This document shows, piece by piece, positions 10,618 through 20,829 of a DNA stretch of 64,000 bases. The translations under genes and the position numbers were made by a program. The notes under the pieces were generated by a model. It saw only the letters and a list, made by a program, of their open reading frames with translations, was not told the origin of the DNA and made no database searches. The number at the start of each line of letters is the position of its first letter. Positions within the stretch are counted from its first letter, which is position 1. The stretch is from an uncultured Nitrososphaerota archaeon (GTDB taxonomy: Archaea; Thermoproteota; Nitrososphaeria; Nitrososphaerales; Gagatemarchaeaceae). The stretch spans positions 416,001-480,000 of the forward strand of contig CAVRAG010000008.1 in NCBI GenBank assembly GCA_963718895.1, read 5' to 3'.

Positions 10618-11826
10618 TCAACCGACCAGGAACGCGGGGTGCTTCACGAACCTGCCCTCAAGGTTGACGGTGCTGCCGCGCATTAACACGTGGTCGACCG
10701 CAAAGCGCATCCGTTCCCCTGCGAAGGGCGTCACCCTCCCCTTCGAGACGAACTTCTCAGGGTCGACCTGCCATATCCTCTTCGAGAGGATGACCAAGTC
10801 GGCAAGGTATCCCGGTGAGATCCTCCCCTTCTTGATCCCGAGGTACTCCGCCGGGGCTTGGCAGAACATCCTGCAGAGAAGTGGGATGTTCTCGGTCTTC
10901 GTCAGGAATAGGGGCAGGGCAAGTTCCAGGCCCGGAAACCCAGGGGCCCCCTTCCGAAGCTTGTCCTCGAGGGTGTGCGGGGCGTGATCGGTCGCGTAGA
11001 AGTCGAAACGGCCTTCCCTGAGCAACCGCCGCATCGCGATCGAGTTCGCTCGCGACCTGAGCTGAGGGTTTACCTTCGACGCAACTCCCAAGCGCGTCCC
11101 CGCTGTTCCACGGTCCGTGAAGAGGTGGTGGGGCGCGACCTCGATCGCGAGCGCCCTCTGGGCCCTCTTCTGGGCCAGGACGGCCTCCGCCGCCTCGTTC
11201 GTGGAGAGGTGGGCGAACCTCACCGAGGATCGCGACCTCGTCTCTTCTAGGATCTTCCTTACGGCGACGAGCTCAGCCCCCGGAGAACGGCCGGCCGCAA
11301 TTTCGGCGCCGTCCTCGGCGTGCACCGCCATCTTGAGCCCTGCAACCTCGGCTCGCCTGAGCAGGGCCCGGAACGAGGGGAGATCGGGGGGGTAGAGCTT
11401 CAGGGCGAACGCGCCCGCCCTTCGGATCTTGGGCAGCTCAGAGGCGTCGTCGGGAGGGGCTGCGTGGATTGCGAAGTCGGTGAACGCGCGGTCCTTGAGC
11501 AGGTCGACCCGTGCCTCGACAAGCTCGGCCGTCTCTAGCTTCGGCATCGTGTTCGGCATTTCTGCCACCGTGGTCACGCCACCTGCCAGCGCGCTCTTTG
11601 TGCCAGTCTCGACGGTCTCCTTCTCGGCCTGGGACCAGTCCCGGAGGTGCACGTGGAGGTCGGTCGCGGCAGGTATCAAGAATTGACCCTCGTCGAGCTC
11701 CAGCGTCGCCGCGGCCCGGCCTGTCGGCTCCCGGGAGACCTTCTTGATCATCCCGTCCTTGATGTACACCCACGACTCCGCGAGTTCGGCGACGTAGGCC
11801 CTTCCGTGAATTGCGAGGTCGAACAA
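10618..11826 (-). CDS. pyrC: Dihydroorotase
   Basis: DLHVHLRD, EMPNT, VHAED and ATDHAPH motifs; in operon with pyrBI; likely TTG start at 11826. Confidence 0.92.
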   Translation of the reverse strand: MFDLAIHGRAYVAELAESWVYIKDGMIKKVSREPTGRAAATLELDEGQFLIPAATDLHVHLRDWSQAEKETVETGTKSALAGGVTTVAEMPNTMPKLETAELVEARVDLLKDRAFTDFAIHAAPPDDASELPKIRRAGAFALKLYPPDLPSFRALLRRAEVAGLKMAVHAEDGAEIAAGRSPGAELVAVRKILEETRSRSSVRFAHLSTNEAAEAVLAQKRAQRALAIEVAPHHLFTDRGTAGTRLGVASKVNPQLRSRANSIAMRRLLREGRFDFYATDHAPHTLEDKLRKGAPGFPGLELALPLFLTKTENIPLLCRMFCQAPAEYLGIKKGRISPGYLADLVILSKRIWQVDPEKFVSKGRVTPFAGERMRFAVDHVLMRGSTVNLEGRFVKHPAFLVG

Positions 11827-11831
11827 CGCGG

Positions 11832-12308
11832 CTACCCGAGTTCGCCGGAGATCTCTTGCTCGGACAGGTCCCTGCCGCAGTACTTGCACCTGTAGACCAG
11901 CGGCGACGAATCGACCAAGAAGAAGACAGACGGGACGGAGTCCTTCTCACGGACGGAGACGCAGGTGGTCGCGGTGCACCTCAGGACGCCGGTGATCGTC
12001 TTTGGCAGGACCGCCTTCTTCTTCTGCGAGACCTTGTACGACCGGACTATGTTCACGCTCGCGAGAGGAGCTATCAGGGCGAGCTTCTGAATCTGCTCGT
12101 CGGTCAGCTCCACGCCCTCGACCTTGAGGATGTCCTTCCTGCCCATCTTGGAGCTCTCCACGTTCATCACCAGGGCGACCGTGACTCCCCTGTCCTGGGG
12201 GTCGCCGAGCAACCTGAGGACGGAGAGCGCCCTCCCAGCGGAGACGTGGTCGATGACTGTGCCGTCGCTGATCTTCTGGACGAGCATCTTCTCGCGCTCG
12301 CTCATCAT
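11832..12308 (-). CDS. pyrI: Aspartate carbamoyltransferase regulatory subunit
   Basis: GTVIDH, KDILKVEG and Zn ligands CTATTC/CKYC. Confidence 0.96.
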   Translation of the reverse strand: MMSEREKMLVQKISDGTVIDHVSAGRALSVLRLLGDPQDRGVTVALVMNVESSKMGRKDILKVEGVELTDEQIQKLALIAPLASVNIVRSYKVSQKKKAVLPKTITGVLRCTATTCVSVREKDSVPSVFFLVDSSPLVYRCKYCGRDLSEQEISGELG

Positions 12309-13234
12309 TCTCCCCCTCCCATGATGAGGTGGAGGAGCGCCATCCTCACAGGCACGCCAAGCCTCGCCTGTTTCATGTATGCTGCGTTGGGAAGGTCGTC
12401 GACGTCGTAGGCCAGCTCGTTTATCCGCGGGAGGGGGTGGAGGACGATGGCGTCTCCGGCGTTCGAGAGCAGAGCCTTGGTTATCCTGTAGCTCCCCTTG
12501 ACCTTCTCGTACTCGTTCGGGTCAGGGAACCGCTCCTTCTGAATCCTGTTCATGTATATGACGTCCACCTTTCCGATGACCGGCTCGAGGTCGTCAAGCT
12601 CCTCAGTACGCAGCCCGAGCTTTCCGATCGCGGTCTTCACCTCGTCCCTCATCTTGAGTCCCTCGGGGGAGACTAGGTAGACCGACGACGGTTTGTACTT
12701 CGCGAGACCGTAGAGAAAGGACGCCGCGGTCCGCGCGTATCGCGTGTCTCCGACCACCGCGTAGCGCAGCCCGTCGACCTTTCCCTTCAGTCTCCTTATC
12801 GTGTACAGGTCGAGCATCGCCTGCGAAGGGTGGTGCTGTGAACCGTCGCCCCCGTTGACTATCGGGACGTGGCTGACCTCTGAAGCGAGAAGCGCCGCGC
12901 CCTCCGACGGGTGGCGCATGACTATGAGGTCCGAGTATGACTCGAGCATTCTTATGGTGTCCGAGAGGCTCTCCCCTTTCAGGACCGAGGAGACGTCGGG
13001 CGAGAGGTCGATCACCTTGGCTCCGAGCTTGAGAGCGGCGGTGCTGAAGCTCAGCCTCGTCCGCGTGCTCGGCTCGAAGAACGCGGTGGCTACTATTCGG
13101 TCGGCGAGAGTCTTCGGGACCGAGTCCGGTCTCTCGACGAAGCGGTCCGTGGTCTCGAAGAGCGTTTCCAGGTCATCACGGGAGAAATCTAGGATGCTGA
13201 GAACGTCCTTGCCTGACCAGGCAACGCTTCCCAA
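12305..13234 (-). CDS. pyrB: Aspartate carbamoyltransferase catalytic subunit
   Basis: FFEPSTRTRLSF, HPSQAMLD, RIQKERF and HPLPR motifs; likely TTG start at 13234. Confidence 0.97.
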   Translation of the reverse strand: MGSVAWSGKDVLSILDFSRDDLETLFETTDRFVERPDSVPKTLADRIVATAFFEPSTRTRLSFSTAALKLGAKVIDLSPDVSSVLKGESLSDTIRMLESYSDLIVMRHPSEGAALLASEVSHVPIVNGGDGSQHHPSQAMLDLYTIRRLKGKVDGLRYAVVGDTRYARTAASFLYGLAKYKPSSVYLVSPEGLKMRDEVKTAIGKLGLRTEELDDLEPVIGKVDVIYMNRIQKERFPDPNEYEKVKGSYRITKALLSNAGDAIVLHPLPRINELAYDVDDLPNAAYMKQARLGVPVRMALLHLIMGGGE

Positions 13235-13318
13235 TGCACCTACACCGTAGTCCTCCCGGAGGCATCCCATATTAACGATGTGGAAGGACCGTCGTAGCGC
13301 AGGGACTCGCCGACTGGG

Positions 13319-14110
13319 TCAGATCGACCTCAGGACGGCCCCGTCCACGGGTATCGACGCACCGGAGACGTACGAGGACATGTCGCTCCCAAGGAAGAGG
13401 ATCGCCCTCGCAAGCTCCTCGGTCGTGCCTATCCTCCCCAGCGGGATCTCGCCCTCGATCTCCTTGATGTAGTCCTCCGGCCTTATCCCACGCCTCCTCG
13501 CCTGGTCCTGTGCGAGCTGGTCGATCCTGCCCGTCCGGATGAAGCCAGGCAGGATCCCGTTCACGCGGATGTTCTTGGGTCCGAGCTCCCTCGCAAGCGT
13601 CCGTACGAGAGACAGGACCGCCGCCCTGCAGACGCTGGAGAGTGCTATCGCAAGGGTGGGTTCCTTGATTACGTAGGATGACAGGAAGACCATCCTGCCC
13701 TTGATCTTCGCTTCGATCATGTGGTCGGCGACTAGCTTTGCGAGGTACGCCGGGCTCACGACCAGGAGGTCGGATGCGCCCCTCCAGTCTTCGTAGGACA
13801 TCTCGAGAAACCGGCCGGGCTTGGGAGAGCCTGTCACGTATACCAGGGTATCTATTCCTCCGAGATGCGACACCGCGAACTTGACGATGTTCTCGAGGTC
13901 GGCTTTCGCTGCGAGGTTCCCCCGGACGCCGTAGACCTCCCCGAGAGGCTGCAGCCTCGCCAGAGCGGCGCTGAGCTTCTCCTGATTCGACGAGTTTATC
14001 ACGACTCGGGCGCCCTCCTTGAGGAAGGCCGCCGCCGCACCGTAGCCGATCCCGGTGCTAGCAGCGGTGACAAGGACCCTCTGGCCTTCGAGTCCGGAAC
14101 TGAGCGGCAC
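13319..14110 (-). CDS. Short-chain dehydrogenase/reductase
   Basis: TAASTGIG Rossmann motif, atypical SSVCR active site, C-terminal IPVDG. Confidence 0.9.
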   Translation of the reverse strand: MPLSSGLEGQRVLVTAASTGIGYGAAAAFLKEGARVVINSSNQEKLSAALARLQPLGEVYGVRGNLAAKADLENIVKFAVSHLGGIDTLVYVTGSPKPGRFLEMSYEDWRGASDLLVVSPAYLAKLVADHMIEAKIKGRMVFLSSYVIKEPTLAIALSSVCRAAVLSLVRTLARELGPKNIRVNGILPGFIRTGRIDQLAQDQARRRGIRPEDYIKEIEGEIPLGRIGTTEELARAILFLGSDMSSYVSGASIPVDGAVLRSI

Positions 14111-14162
14111 GTCGACCGATTCCGTTGTTTTGCTAATAAGCTGTCCGCTCCGAAGACCACGG

Positions 14163-14966
14163 TTACTGTATCGTCCAGCCGCCGTCCACGAAGATGTTCT
14201 GGCCAGTCACGTACGCCGAGAGGTCGGACGCGATGAACGCGACGACGTTGGCTATGTCGATGGGCTCTGCGAACCGTCCGAGCGGGACCCTCTCAAGGAG
14301 GAACCTGCGGACCTCATCCCGCGCGAAGTAGTTCCCGGTCATCTCGGTGTTCGTCCAGCCAGGGGAGACAGAGTTGACGGTCACGTTGTACTTCGCCCAC
14401 TCGGCGGCGAGGTTCTTGGTGAATGCGATGACCCCGCCCTTGCTGGTGACGTACGACGCCCGCGGGGGGAGCGCGACCTCTCCCATGATGGAGGCGATGT
14501 TGATTATTCGTCCGGAGCGGCGCGCGATCATCGTCCTCCCGACGGCCTGCGAGAAGTTGAAGACGCCCTTCAGGTTTGTGTCGATCACCCGGTCCCAGTC
14601 CTCCTCGGTGTAGTCCTCCATGGGCTTCCGCACCACCACCCCCGCGTTGTTGACGAGTATGTCGACGCGTTCGAATGCCTCGGTCGCGGCCTTTGTCATC
14701 GTCTCGACGGCGGTCCGGTCAGAGACGTCTCCTTGCAGGGCGAGGGTCCTCGTCCCAAGCCCTATGAGATGGTCCTTGACCGCAGACATCGAGGCCGGAT
14801 TGATGTCGTTCAGGACTATGCTGGCGCCGCATCCCGCCAATGAGACGGCTATTGCCCTCCCTATGCCCCGTCCAGAGCCTGTGACCAGGGCAACCTTTCC
14901 CGACAGGTCGATCTGCAACTGCGCGTGGATGCGGCCCCTATCTCGATAAGCATTTTGTTCGGGCAT
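14163..14966 (-). CDS. Short-chain dehydrogenase/reductase (FabG/GDH-like)
   Basis: TGSGRGIG, NNAG, YVTSK (YxxxK) and VDGG motifs. Confidence 0.92.
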   Translation of the reverse strand: MPEQNAYRDRGRIHAQLQIDLSGKVALVTGSGRGIGRAIAVSLAGCGASIVLNDINPASMSAVKDHLIGLGTRTLALQGDVSDRTAVETMTKAATEAFERVDILVNNAGVVVRKPMEDYTEEDWDRVIDTNLKGVFNFSQAVGRTMIARRSGRIINIASIMGEVALPPRASYVTSKGGVIAFTKNLAAEWAKYNVTVNSVSPGWTNTEMTGNYFARDEVRRFLLERVPLGRFAEPIDIANVVAFIASDLSAYVTGQNIFVDGGWTIQ

Positions 14967-15091
14967 GGACTCTCGCGCAGTCCTACCAGACCAAGGCCCA
15001 AGAGGGGGCTCACTTGGTCAGGAGGCACTACGAGGGACCGGTCCGCTCGCATGAGGCTCGGCTGGTGTCTCCAGGCGCCGAACGACCGCCT

Positions 15092-15946
15092 TCATGCTTC
15101 CGACCGCTGCCCTGATCTGTGGCCGACGTAGATGCGCCATCTCGACACGCCCGGATCTCGAGGGAAGTTCGCCTTCCTCCACGAGTCTAGCTGGGCCCGT
15201 ACGTCTCTCTGGACTGCAGGATCGAGGACTTGGGACAGCCTGCTCAGTCGCCTGTTCCCTGAAAACACGCCGATGCGCCGCCACGCTTCTCGGGACTCCC
15301 GGGACACTTCGAACTCGAACGGGACATCCTTCACCGCGAACCCGAGGCGACGAAAGAGGGCATGGTAGTCCACTCTTTGTCGGACCCGCCGTAGCGCGAA
15401 GGCGTCTATTGCGTCGGGGGGGACGCCGTGCTCAAGGAGGACCTCTCTCGTTTTGGCGCGGAGAGCCTCTCTCACCTCCTCGTTACCCTCGACCCAAGAA
15501 GGGAGACTGAGCGCGAAGGCTCCGGCCTCGGTCAAGAGCTCGCGCAGTCCGACAAGGACCCTTTCGGGCTCCGGGAAGTGCCAGAAGGCGGAGTTGCAGA
15601 CCGCGAAATCAAAGGTCTGTCCCGCGAGAAGTCCTGATATCTCACGAGCGTCGCCCTGGACGAAGGTGACGTTGTGCGCCCCCGCCACCGACGCGTTCTC
15701 CCTCGCCACCCCCAGCATCCCCCCTGACGAGTCCAGTGCTACGACCTTTCCGGTGCCTGCGAGGTTGGCCAGCTTCAGAGTGCAGGCGCCTGTCCCGCAC
15801 GCGAGCTCAAGCACCCTCGAGCGTTCCTCGATCCTGAGTTGCGCGATCGTGGCATCGGCGACGGTCCCGTAGAAGTGCCAGCGCTTTTCGAAGGTGTCAT
15901 ACTCCTTCGCGCTCTCTCCCCAGGCGTCTTCTCGCGCGCCTTCCAA
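15092..15946 (-). CDS. Class I SAM-dependent methyltransferase
   Basis: VLELACGTG and FDFAVCNSAFWHF motifs; TTG 15946 lies about 25 nt below an AT-rich box. Confidence 0.85.
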   Translation of the reverse strand: MEGAREDAWGESAKEYDTFEKRWHFYGTVADATIAQLRIEERSRVLELACGTGACTLKLANLAGTGKVVALDSSGGMLGVARENASVAGAHNVTFVQGDAREISGLLAGQTFDFAVCNSAFWHFPEPERVLVGLRELLTEAGAFALSLPSWVEGNEEVREALRAKTREVLLEHGVPPDAIDAFALRRVRQRVDYHALFRRLGFAVKDVPFEFEVSRESREAWRRIGVFSGNRRLSRLSQVLDPAVQRDVRAQLDSWRKANFPRDPGVSRWRIYVGHRSGQRSEA

Positions 15947-16173
15947 GGCCGGTGGCCAAGGAATGAGCCCTTTTTTGAATTTCGGGACTTGCCGGACGCT
16001 GAGACCGCGGCTGACGCGTGCGGACAAACTGTTGCCACCCAAGGTCATCCTATTCGTAGAAGTAGACGCGTGGACCGGACAGCACCTTGGACAGGGGTTC
16101 GGGGGGACCCAAGTCAGACCGTCATCGTTGAGCTGAGCGCGAAAGCCCGGAGAAGGCTCTGATGACCGCTCTG

Positions 16174-16560
16174 GGTTCTGTCAAGTTGTCGGGTGATGGC
16201 TGACCTTGTTGACCATCGGGTGACGACCCAACTTGCTGGCATCGACTCTGAGGATTAGGGTCCGCGTCCCGTTCCCCTTCACGGCTTCACCTGCCAGCCC
16301 TTTCTCCCTCGCCGCAAGATCTGCTTGTTGCGAGCGACTCTTCGACTCTGGAAGAGAACGGTCGAACCTCAACCGCCGTAGCACGACGGCAGTTCGGATC
16401 CTTTAAGCGCCCCGTAGAATCCCTTCAGCCCCTTCCTGTTGTCGATGCCGTGCTCCTGGGCATGTGCAATTGCGTTGTACGTGAGGATGAGGCATTCACC
16501 GAGAAGGTCCCGCGATCCCTCCCCGCCATGGGACTGCGTTACGCACTTTGTCGCCCGCAA
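16174..16560 (-). mobile_element. Internally deleted IS200/IS605-family TnpB remnant
   Basis: The N-terminal piece MRATKCVTQ...FYGALKGSELPSCY and the C-terminal piece RLRFDRS...GLAGEAVKGNGTRTLILRVDASKL resemble the two ends of archaeal TnpB. No RuvC core remains. The segment ends in TTGACAGAACC. Confidence 0.6.
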
Positions 16561-16683
16561 TGGCTGAATGTTATCCCATCATACTTAACCACTACCCGAA
16601 TCTTGGCGGACTGTTCCATCACTCAGCAGCTTGGCAGAGTCCCGCTCTGTCAAGCTTATATTCGCCATGGGGTGAATCCGCGC

Positions 16684-17566
16684 ATGAAACCTCTCGGAAG
16701 AGTGACAGCAGTACTACTGCTCGTCGTCCTCGTCATGGGGGGCGTGGTAGGAATTATCTATTTTGACGACCAGCAAGTGATAAGCTCACAGTCGTCGACC
16801 ATAAGCAAACAATCGGTGACGATACAGGGGCAGGTCGCGTCGATCCAGAGCCAGTCGTCCGACGCTGCAGAAGGACGAGTCCTCTCTGACCACCCTCGAA
16901 GCGAACATCACGGCGACGGAGACGGCTCTCGCCCAGGACCAGGCAAGTCTCGCCCAGGCGCAGGCTGAAGCCGCGAACCTGACGACGACCATAGCATCGT
17001 ACAAGACCGAGATAGCCACCATCACGGCGGAGTACTCGCAGGCCAACGGGACCATCGCCTCGCTCAAGGCCGAGGTCGCCCCGCTGCAGGCCCAGGTCGC
17101 TTCCTTGCAGACTCAGCTGAATGGGTTCCAGGTACAGATTACGGGGCTGCAGACGCAGATTGCCGGATACCAGACGCAGATCGCCACTCTCCAGGCTCAG
17201 GTCAAGTCGCTCACCGCCATCGTGGACCTGAGCCAGAGCACGGTACTGCTCAGCCAGCAGTTCGTGGGAGTGCAGTCGATCGGCGACCAGGTCGCCGACA
17301 ATTTCAACGCCACCTACTCCGGGTACGTCGCGGTGTCCATGTCCCAAATCAGCGACATCAGTAACGTCCAGGTCGGCGTGTTGATCTTCTTCGCCTCCTC
17401 GGTCAACTCTGGCCAGTACACTTCCGAACCCATCGGCCCCTACTCATTCACCTCGATTCCTGGCCTGATAGTCTTCCCGGTGACACCCGGGTCGGTCACC
17501 GTCTACCTTTCCAACACGGACAGCACACCTGAGAACGCAACCCTCTCGATCACCTACTACTACTGA
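16684..17566 (+). CDS. Membrane-anchored coiled-coil protein (frameshift ~16870)
   Basis: N-terminal TM, heptad Q/A/L-rich stalk and a C-terminal beta domain. Confidence 0.7.
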
Positions 17567-17600
17567 CCCCGGGTCAATCGGTCTCCCCGCAGGGCACAAT

Positions 17601-17610
17601 GCATAAATAA
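17601..17610 (+). promoter_or_regulatory. TATA box of the aromatic superoperon
   Basis: GCATAAATAA about 30 nt upstream of the TTG at 17640. Confidence 0.55.
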
Positions 17611-17639
17611 CGTCGGCCGGCTCGGAAAGCCAGAGAGCG

Positions 17640-17702
17640 TTGAAGGAGAGAAGCAGAGGCGGTTCACTTTATCGTTCTGTTCTTTTCGGCTTTAGCTTCT
17701 AG
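17640..17702 (+). CDS. Putative Phe-rich leader peptide MKERSRGGSLYRSVLFGFSF
   Basis: 20-codon TTG-start ORF near the predicted TSS, ending F-G-F-S-F-stop. Its 3' end is complementary to the lysC Shine-Dalgarno. Confidence 0.55.
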   Translation: MKERSRGGSLYRSVLFGFSF

Positions 17703-17744
17703 ACCCGATTCAAGCTCCCACTGGACATTGGAGGCTCATGCTCA

Positions 17745-18969
17745 ATGACAAATAGGAACGACAGAGAAATCACGGTCGTGAAGTTCGGAGGGTCGGTCCT
17801 AGAGAACGAGAGATCAATGGAGCAGGCCGCGCAGCTCGTCATCGACACCGCGGAGAAGGGCTTCGGCGTGGTGGTCGTGGTCTCGGCGATGAAGGGCGTC
17901 ACAGACCAGCTCATCGCGCTCGCCAAGAAGGTCAGATCCAAAGATGGAAGCCGCGCTGATGGATGAGCTCCTAGCCTCCGGCGAGAAGACCAGCGCCCGG
18001 CTGATGGCCGGGGCGCTCGCGGGCCACGGCGTAAGGTCGGTGGTAGTCGACCCCGAGACATCCTACTGGCCGATCGTGACCGACTCGAGGCACCTGGACG
18101 CAAACCCCATCATGGAGCTCAGCAGAGAAAAGGCGCAGGAAGTGATCCTCCCCCTCCTGCGGGAGGGCAAGGTGCCCGTTGTCTGCGGCTTCCTAGGGAA
18201 GACGGTGGAAGGCAAGACGACCACGATGGGCAGGGGAGGTTCGGACACGACGGCGGTCATCCTCGGAAGCTGCCTTGATGCCAAGGAGGTCGTCCTGATA
18301 AAGGACGTCGAGGGGGTCTACTCGTCCGACCCCGACAGGGTCAGGAATCCTCACTTCATCGAGTCGCTCAACGGAGAGGAGGCCGAGATGCTCGCGGCCG
18401 GAGGCGCGAAGTTCCTCCACGTGAAAGCGCTCCGCTACCAGGCCAGCGGGCTGAGGCTGAGGGTGACGAGCCTGGACAAGCTGAACGCGGGGACCGTGAT
18501 AAAGGGCGACCTCGCCCCGATAAGCCTCGAGGTCTTCCCGCAGGGAGTGTCGATGATAACGGTGGTGGGTCTCGATGCAAAGAAGCTCGAGTCCGTATCA
18601 CAGCTGACCCGCGCGGTGAGGGAGGACGGGGGGTCCCTGCTCGCGCTCTCTCTCGAGGCCACGTCTGCGATATTCTATGTGGCGGGAGGGAAGAACGTCC
18701 TGGATCAGGTCCACCAGGTGCTCGTCAGCGAGAACATCGGCAAGGCCGTCTCCTCCTTTGACGGCCTCTCGATGATGACGGTGAAGGGGAGCTCGCTCGA
18801 GACGGAGACGGGGATCGTGCAGAGGATCACCCAGCCTCTGGCACGGTCCAACATCAACCTCTTCGGGATAGTGACGATCCGGTCCTCAATCAGGGTCTTC
18901 GTCTCCTCCGACCAGGCCGAGAGGGCCCTCGAGCTCATCCGGGAGGCCATGATGGTGAAGAAACCATGA
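17745..18969 (+). CDS. lysC: Aspartokinase (frameshift ~17940)
   Basis: VVKFGGS, VVVSAM, GRGGSDTTA and DVEGVYSSDP motifs with C-terminal ACT domains. Confidence 0.92.
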
Positions 18970-20027
18970 AGAAGATCAGAGCGGCTCTGCTCGGCGCGAC
19001 CGGCGCCGTGGGACAGAGGTACATCAACATGCTGGAGAGTCACCCGTACATCAACCTCGAGGTCCTGATGGGTGGCGAGTCTGCCGGGAAGAAGTACGGC
19101 GAGGCAGTCCACTGGCTCTTCCCGGACGCGATACCCGAAAGGTTCGCCCGAGCGGAGGTCCGCAGGGCGCGCCCAGAGTCCGCCGAAGGGTGCGACGTCG
19201 TCTTCTCAGCCCTCCCCTCCGAGGTCGCAGGTGAGATAGAGCAGGCCTTCGCCCGTTCCGGGCTCACCATGGTCAGCGAAGCGAGCTCGCACAGGATGGA
19301 CCCCGACGTGCCGCTCATGATCCCCGAGGTCAACCCCGGCCATCTGGCGCTGCTCGGGGTACAGCGTAAGAAGAGAGGGTGGAAGGGGGCGATAGCGACG
19401 ACCCCCAACTGCACCGTGACGGGGCTCGCGATAGTGATGAAACCACTCCTAGACGAGTTCGCGGCGCAGAAGGCGATCGTGACTACGATGCAGGCCCTCT
19501 CTGGGGCAGGCTACCCGGGGGTTCCGTCGCTCGCGATAACGGAGAACGTGATACCCTATATCAAGAACGAGGAGGAGAAGGTCGCGAGGGAGGCGAAGAA
19601 GATACTCGGGACCTTCAAGGACGGCGTCGTCCACGAGAACGGGATACCGATGGGGATATCCTGCAACAGGGTCCAGGTCATCGACGGGCACACGGAGACG
19701 CTCTACGCGGAGTTCCCGGGGCGGGTCGACCCGCAGGAAGCCGCCAGGGTCCTCGCGGGCTTCAGGGGGAAGCCGCAGGAGCTCAGGCTGCACACCGCGC
19801 CCGAACGGCCGATCATAGTGAGGTCCGAGAACGACAGACCCCAGCCGCGGCTCGACAGGATGGCCGGGAGCGTTCCTGGCATGAGCGTGACGGTGGGCAG
19901 ACTGCGGAACGGGATAGACGGGAAGTCCCTCCAGCTGACCCTGCTCTCGCACAACACGATCAGGGGCGCTGCGGGGACCGCCATCCTCACGGCGGAGCTC
20001 ATGGCCAGGGAAGGATACATCGGGTGA
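18966..20027 (+). CDS. asd: Aspartate-semialdehyde dehydrogenase (archaeal type)
   Basis: LGATGAVGQ, TPNC, QALSGAG and HNTIRGAAG motifs. Confidence 0.96.
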   Translation: MKKIRAALLGATGAVGQRYINMLESHPYINLEVLMGGESAGKKYGEAVHWLFPDAIPERFARAEVRRARPESAEGCDVVFSALPSEVAGEIEQAFARSGLTMVSEASSHRMDPDVPLMIPEVNPGHLALLGVQRKKRGWKGAIATTPNCTVTGLAIVMKPLLDEFAAQKAIVTTMQALSGAGYPGVPSLAITENVIPYIKNEEEKVAREAKKILGTFKDGVVHENGIPMGISCNRVQVIDGHTETLYAEFPGRVDPQEAARVLAGFRGKPQELRLHTAPERPIIVRSENDRPQPRLDRMAGSVPGMSVTVGRLRNGIDGKSLQLTLLSHNTIRGAAGTAILTAELMAREGYIG

Positions 20028-20033
20028 TCATGG

Positions 20034-20829
20034 TTGACAACCGGTAAAGACGTCCGTGTCTCAAGGATAACACGAAACGGGAGGATGCTCTGCATCCCGA
20101 TGGACCACTCGCTGACCGTCGGTCCGATAGCGGGGCTCGAAGACACGGAGGAGGCGATAAATCAGATCGCGAGGGGAGGTGCCACCGCGTTCCTTGTCCA
20201 AAAGGGGATCATAAAGTCCCTCAGCAAGCCGGTCGATATCGGGATGATCATCCAGCTCTCGGCGAGCACGAGCATCGGGATGTCTCCCAACAGGAAGGTC
20301 CTTATCGCGAGCGTCCTCGAGAGCATCAGGCTGGGCGTCGACGCGATCTCGATACACGTCAACATAGGAGGGAAGGAGGAACCCGAGATGCTCCAGCAAC
20401 TTGGGATGGTCTCGGACGAGTGCGACTCGTACTCCGTCCCCTTCATCGCCATGATGTATCCACGAGGCGAGAACATCAAGGACCCGTCGGACCCCGAGGT
20501 GGTGGCGCACGTCGCCAGGATAGGTGCCGAGGCGGGCGCGGACATCGTCAAGACCGTGTACACCGGGATCGCCCGAGACGTTCAGGGAGGTCGTCAGGAA
20601 GTGTCCCGTCCCGGTCGTGCTCGCCGGAGGCTCAAAGGCCGAGTCCGACGAGGCGCTTCTGAGGATGACCCAGGAGGTCATGAAGGCTGGGGCGATGGGC
20701 GTGACCTACGGGAGGAACGTCTTCCAGCACAGGAGCCCGATGCTGATCACGAGGGCGCTCAAGAAGGTGGTGATAGACAGGGCCAGCGTCGAGGAGGCTA
20801 TGGAGGTACTAAAGCCTGCCCCGCCCTGA
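20034..20829 (+). CDS. aroA': 2-amino-3,7-dideoxy-D-threo-hept-6-ulosonate (ADH) synthase, class IA aldolase fold (frameshift ~20570)
   Basis: IPMDH, AMMYPRG, GADIVKT (Schiff-base Lys) and GRNVFQH motifs; adjacent to DHQ synthase II. Confidence 0.88.
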
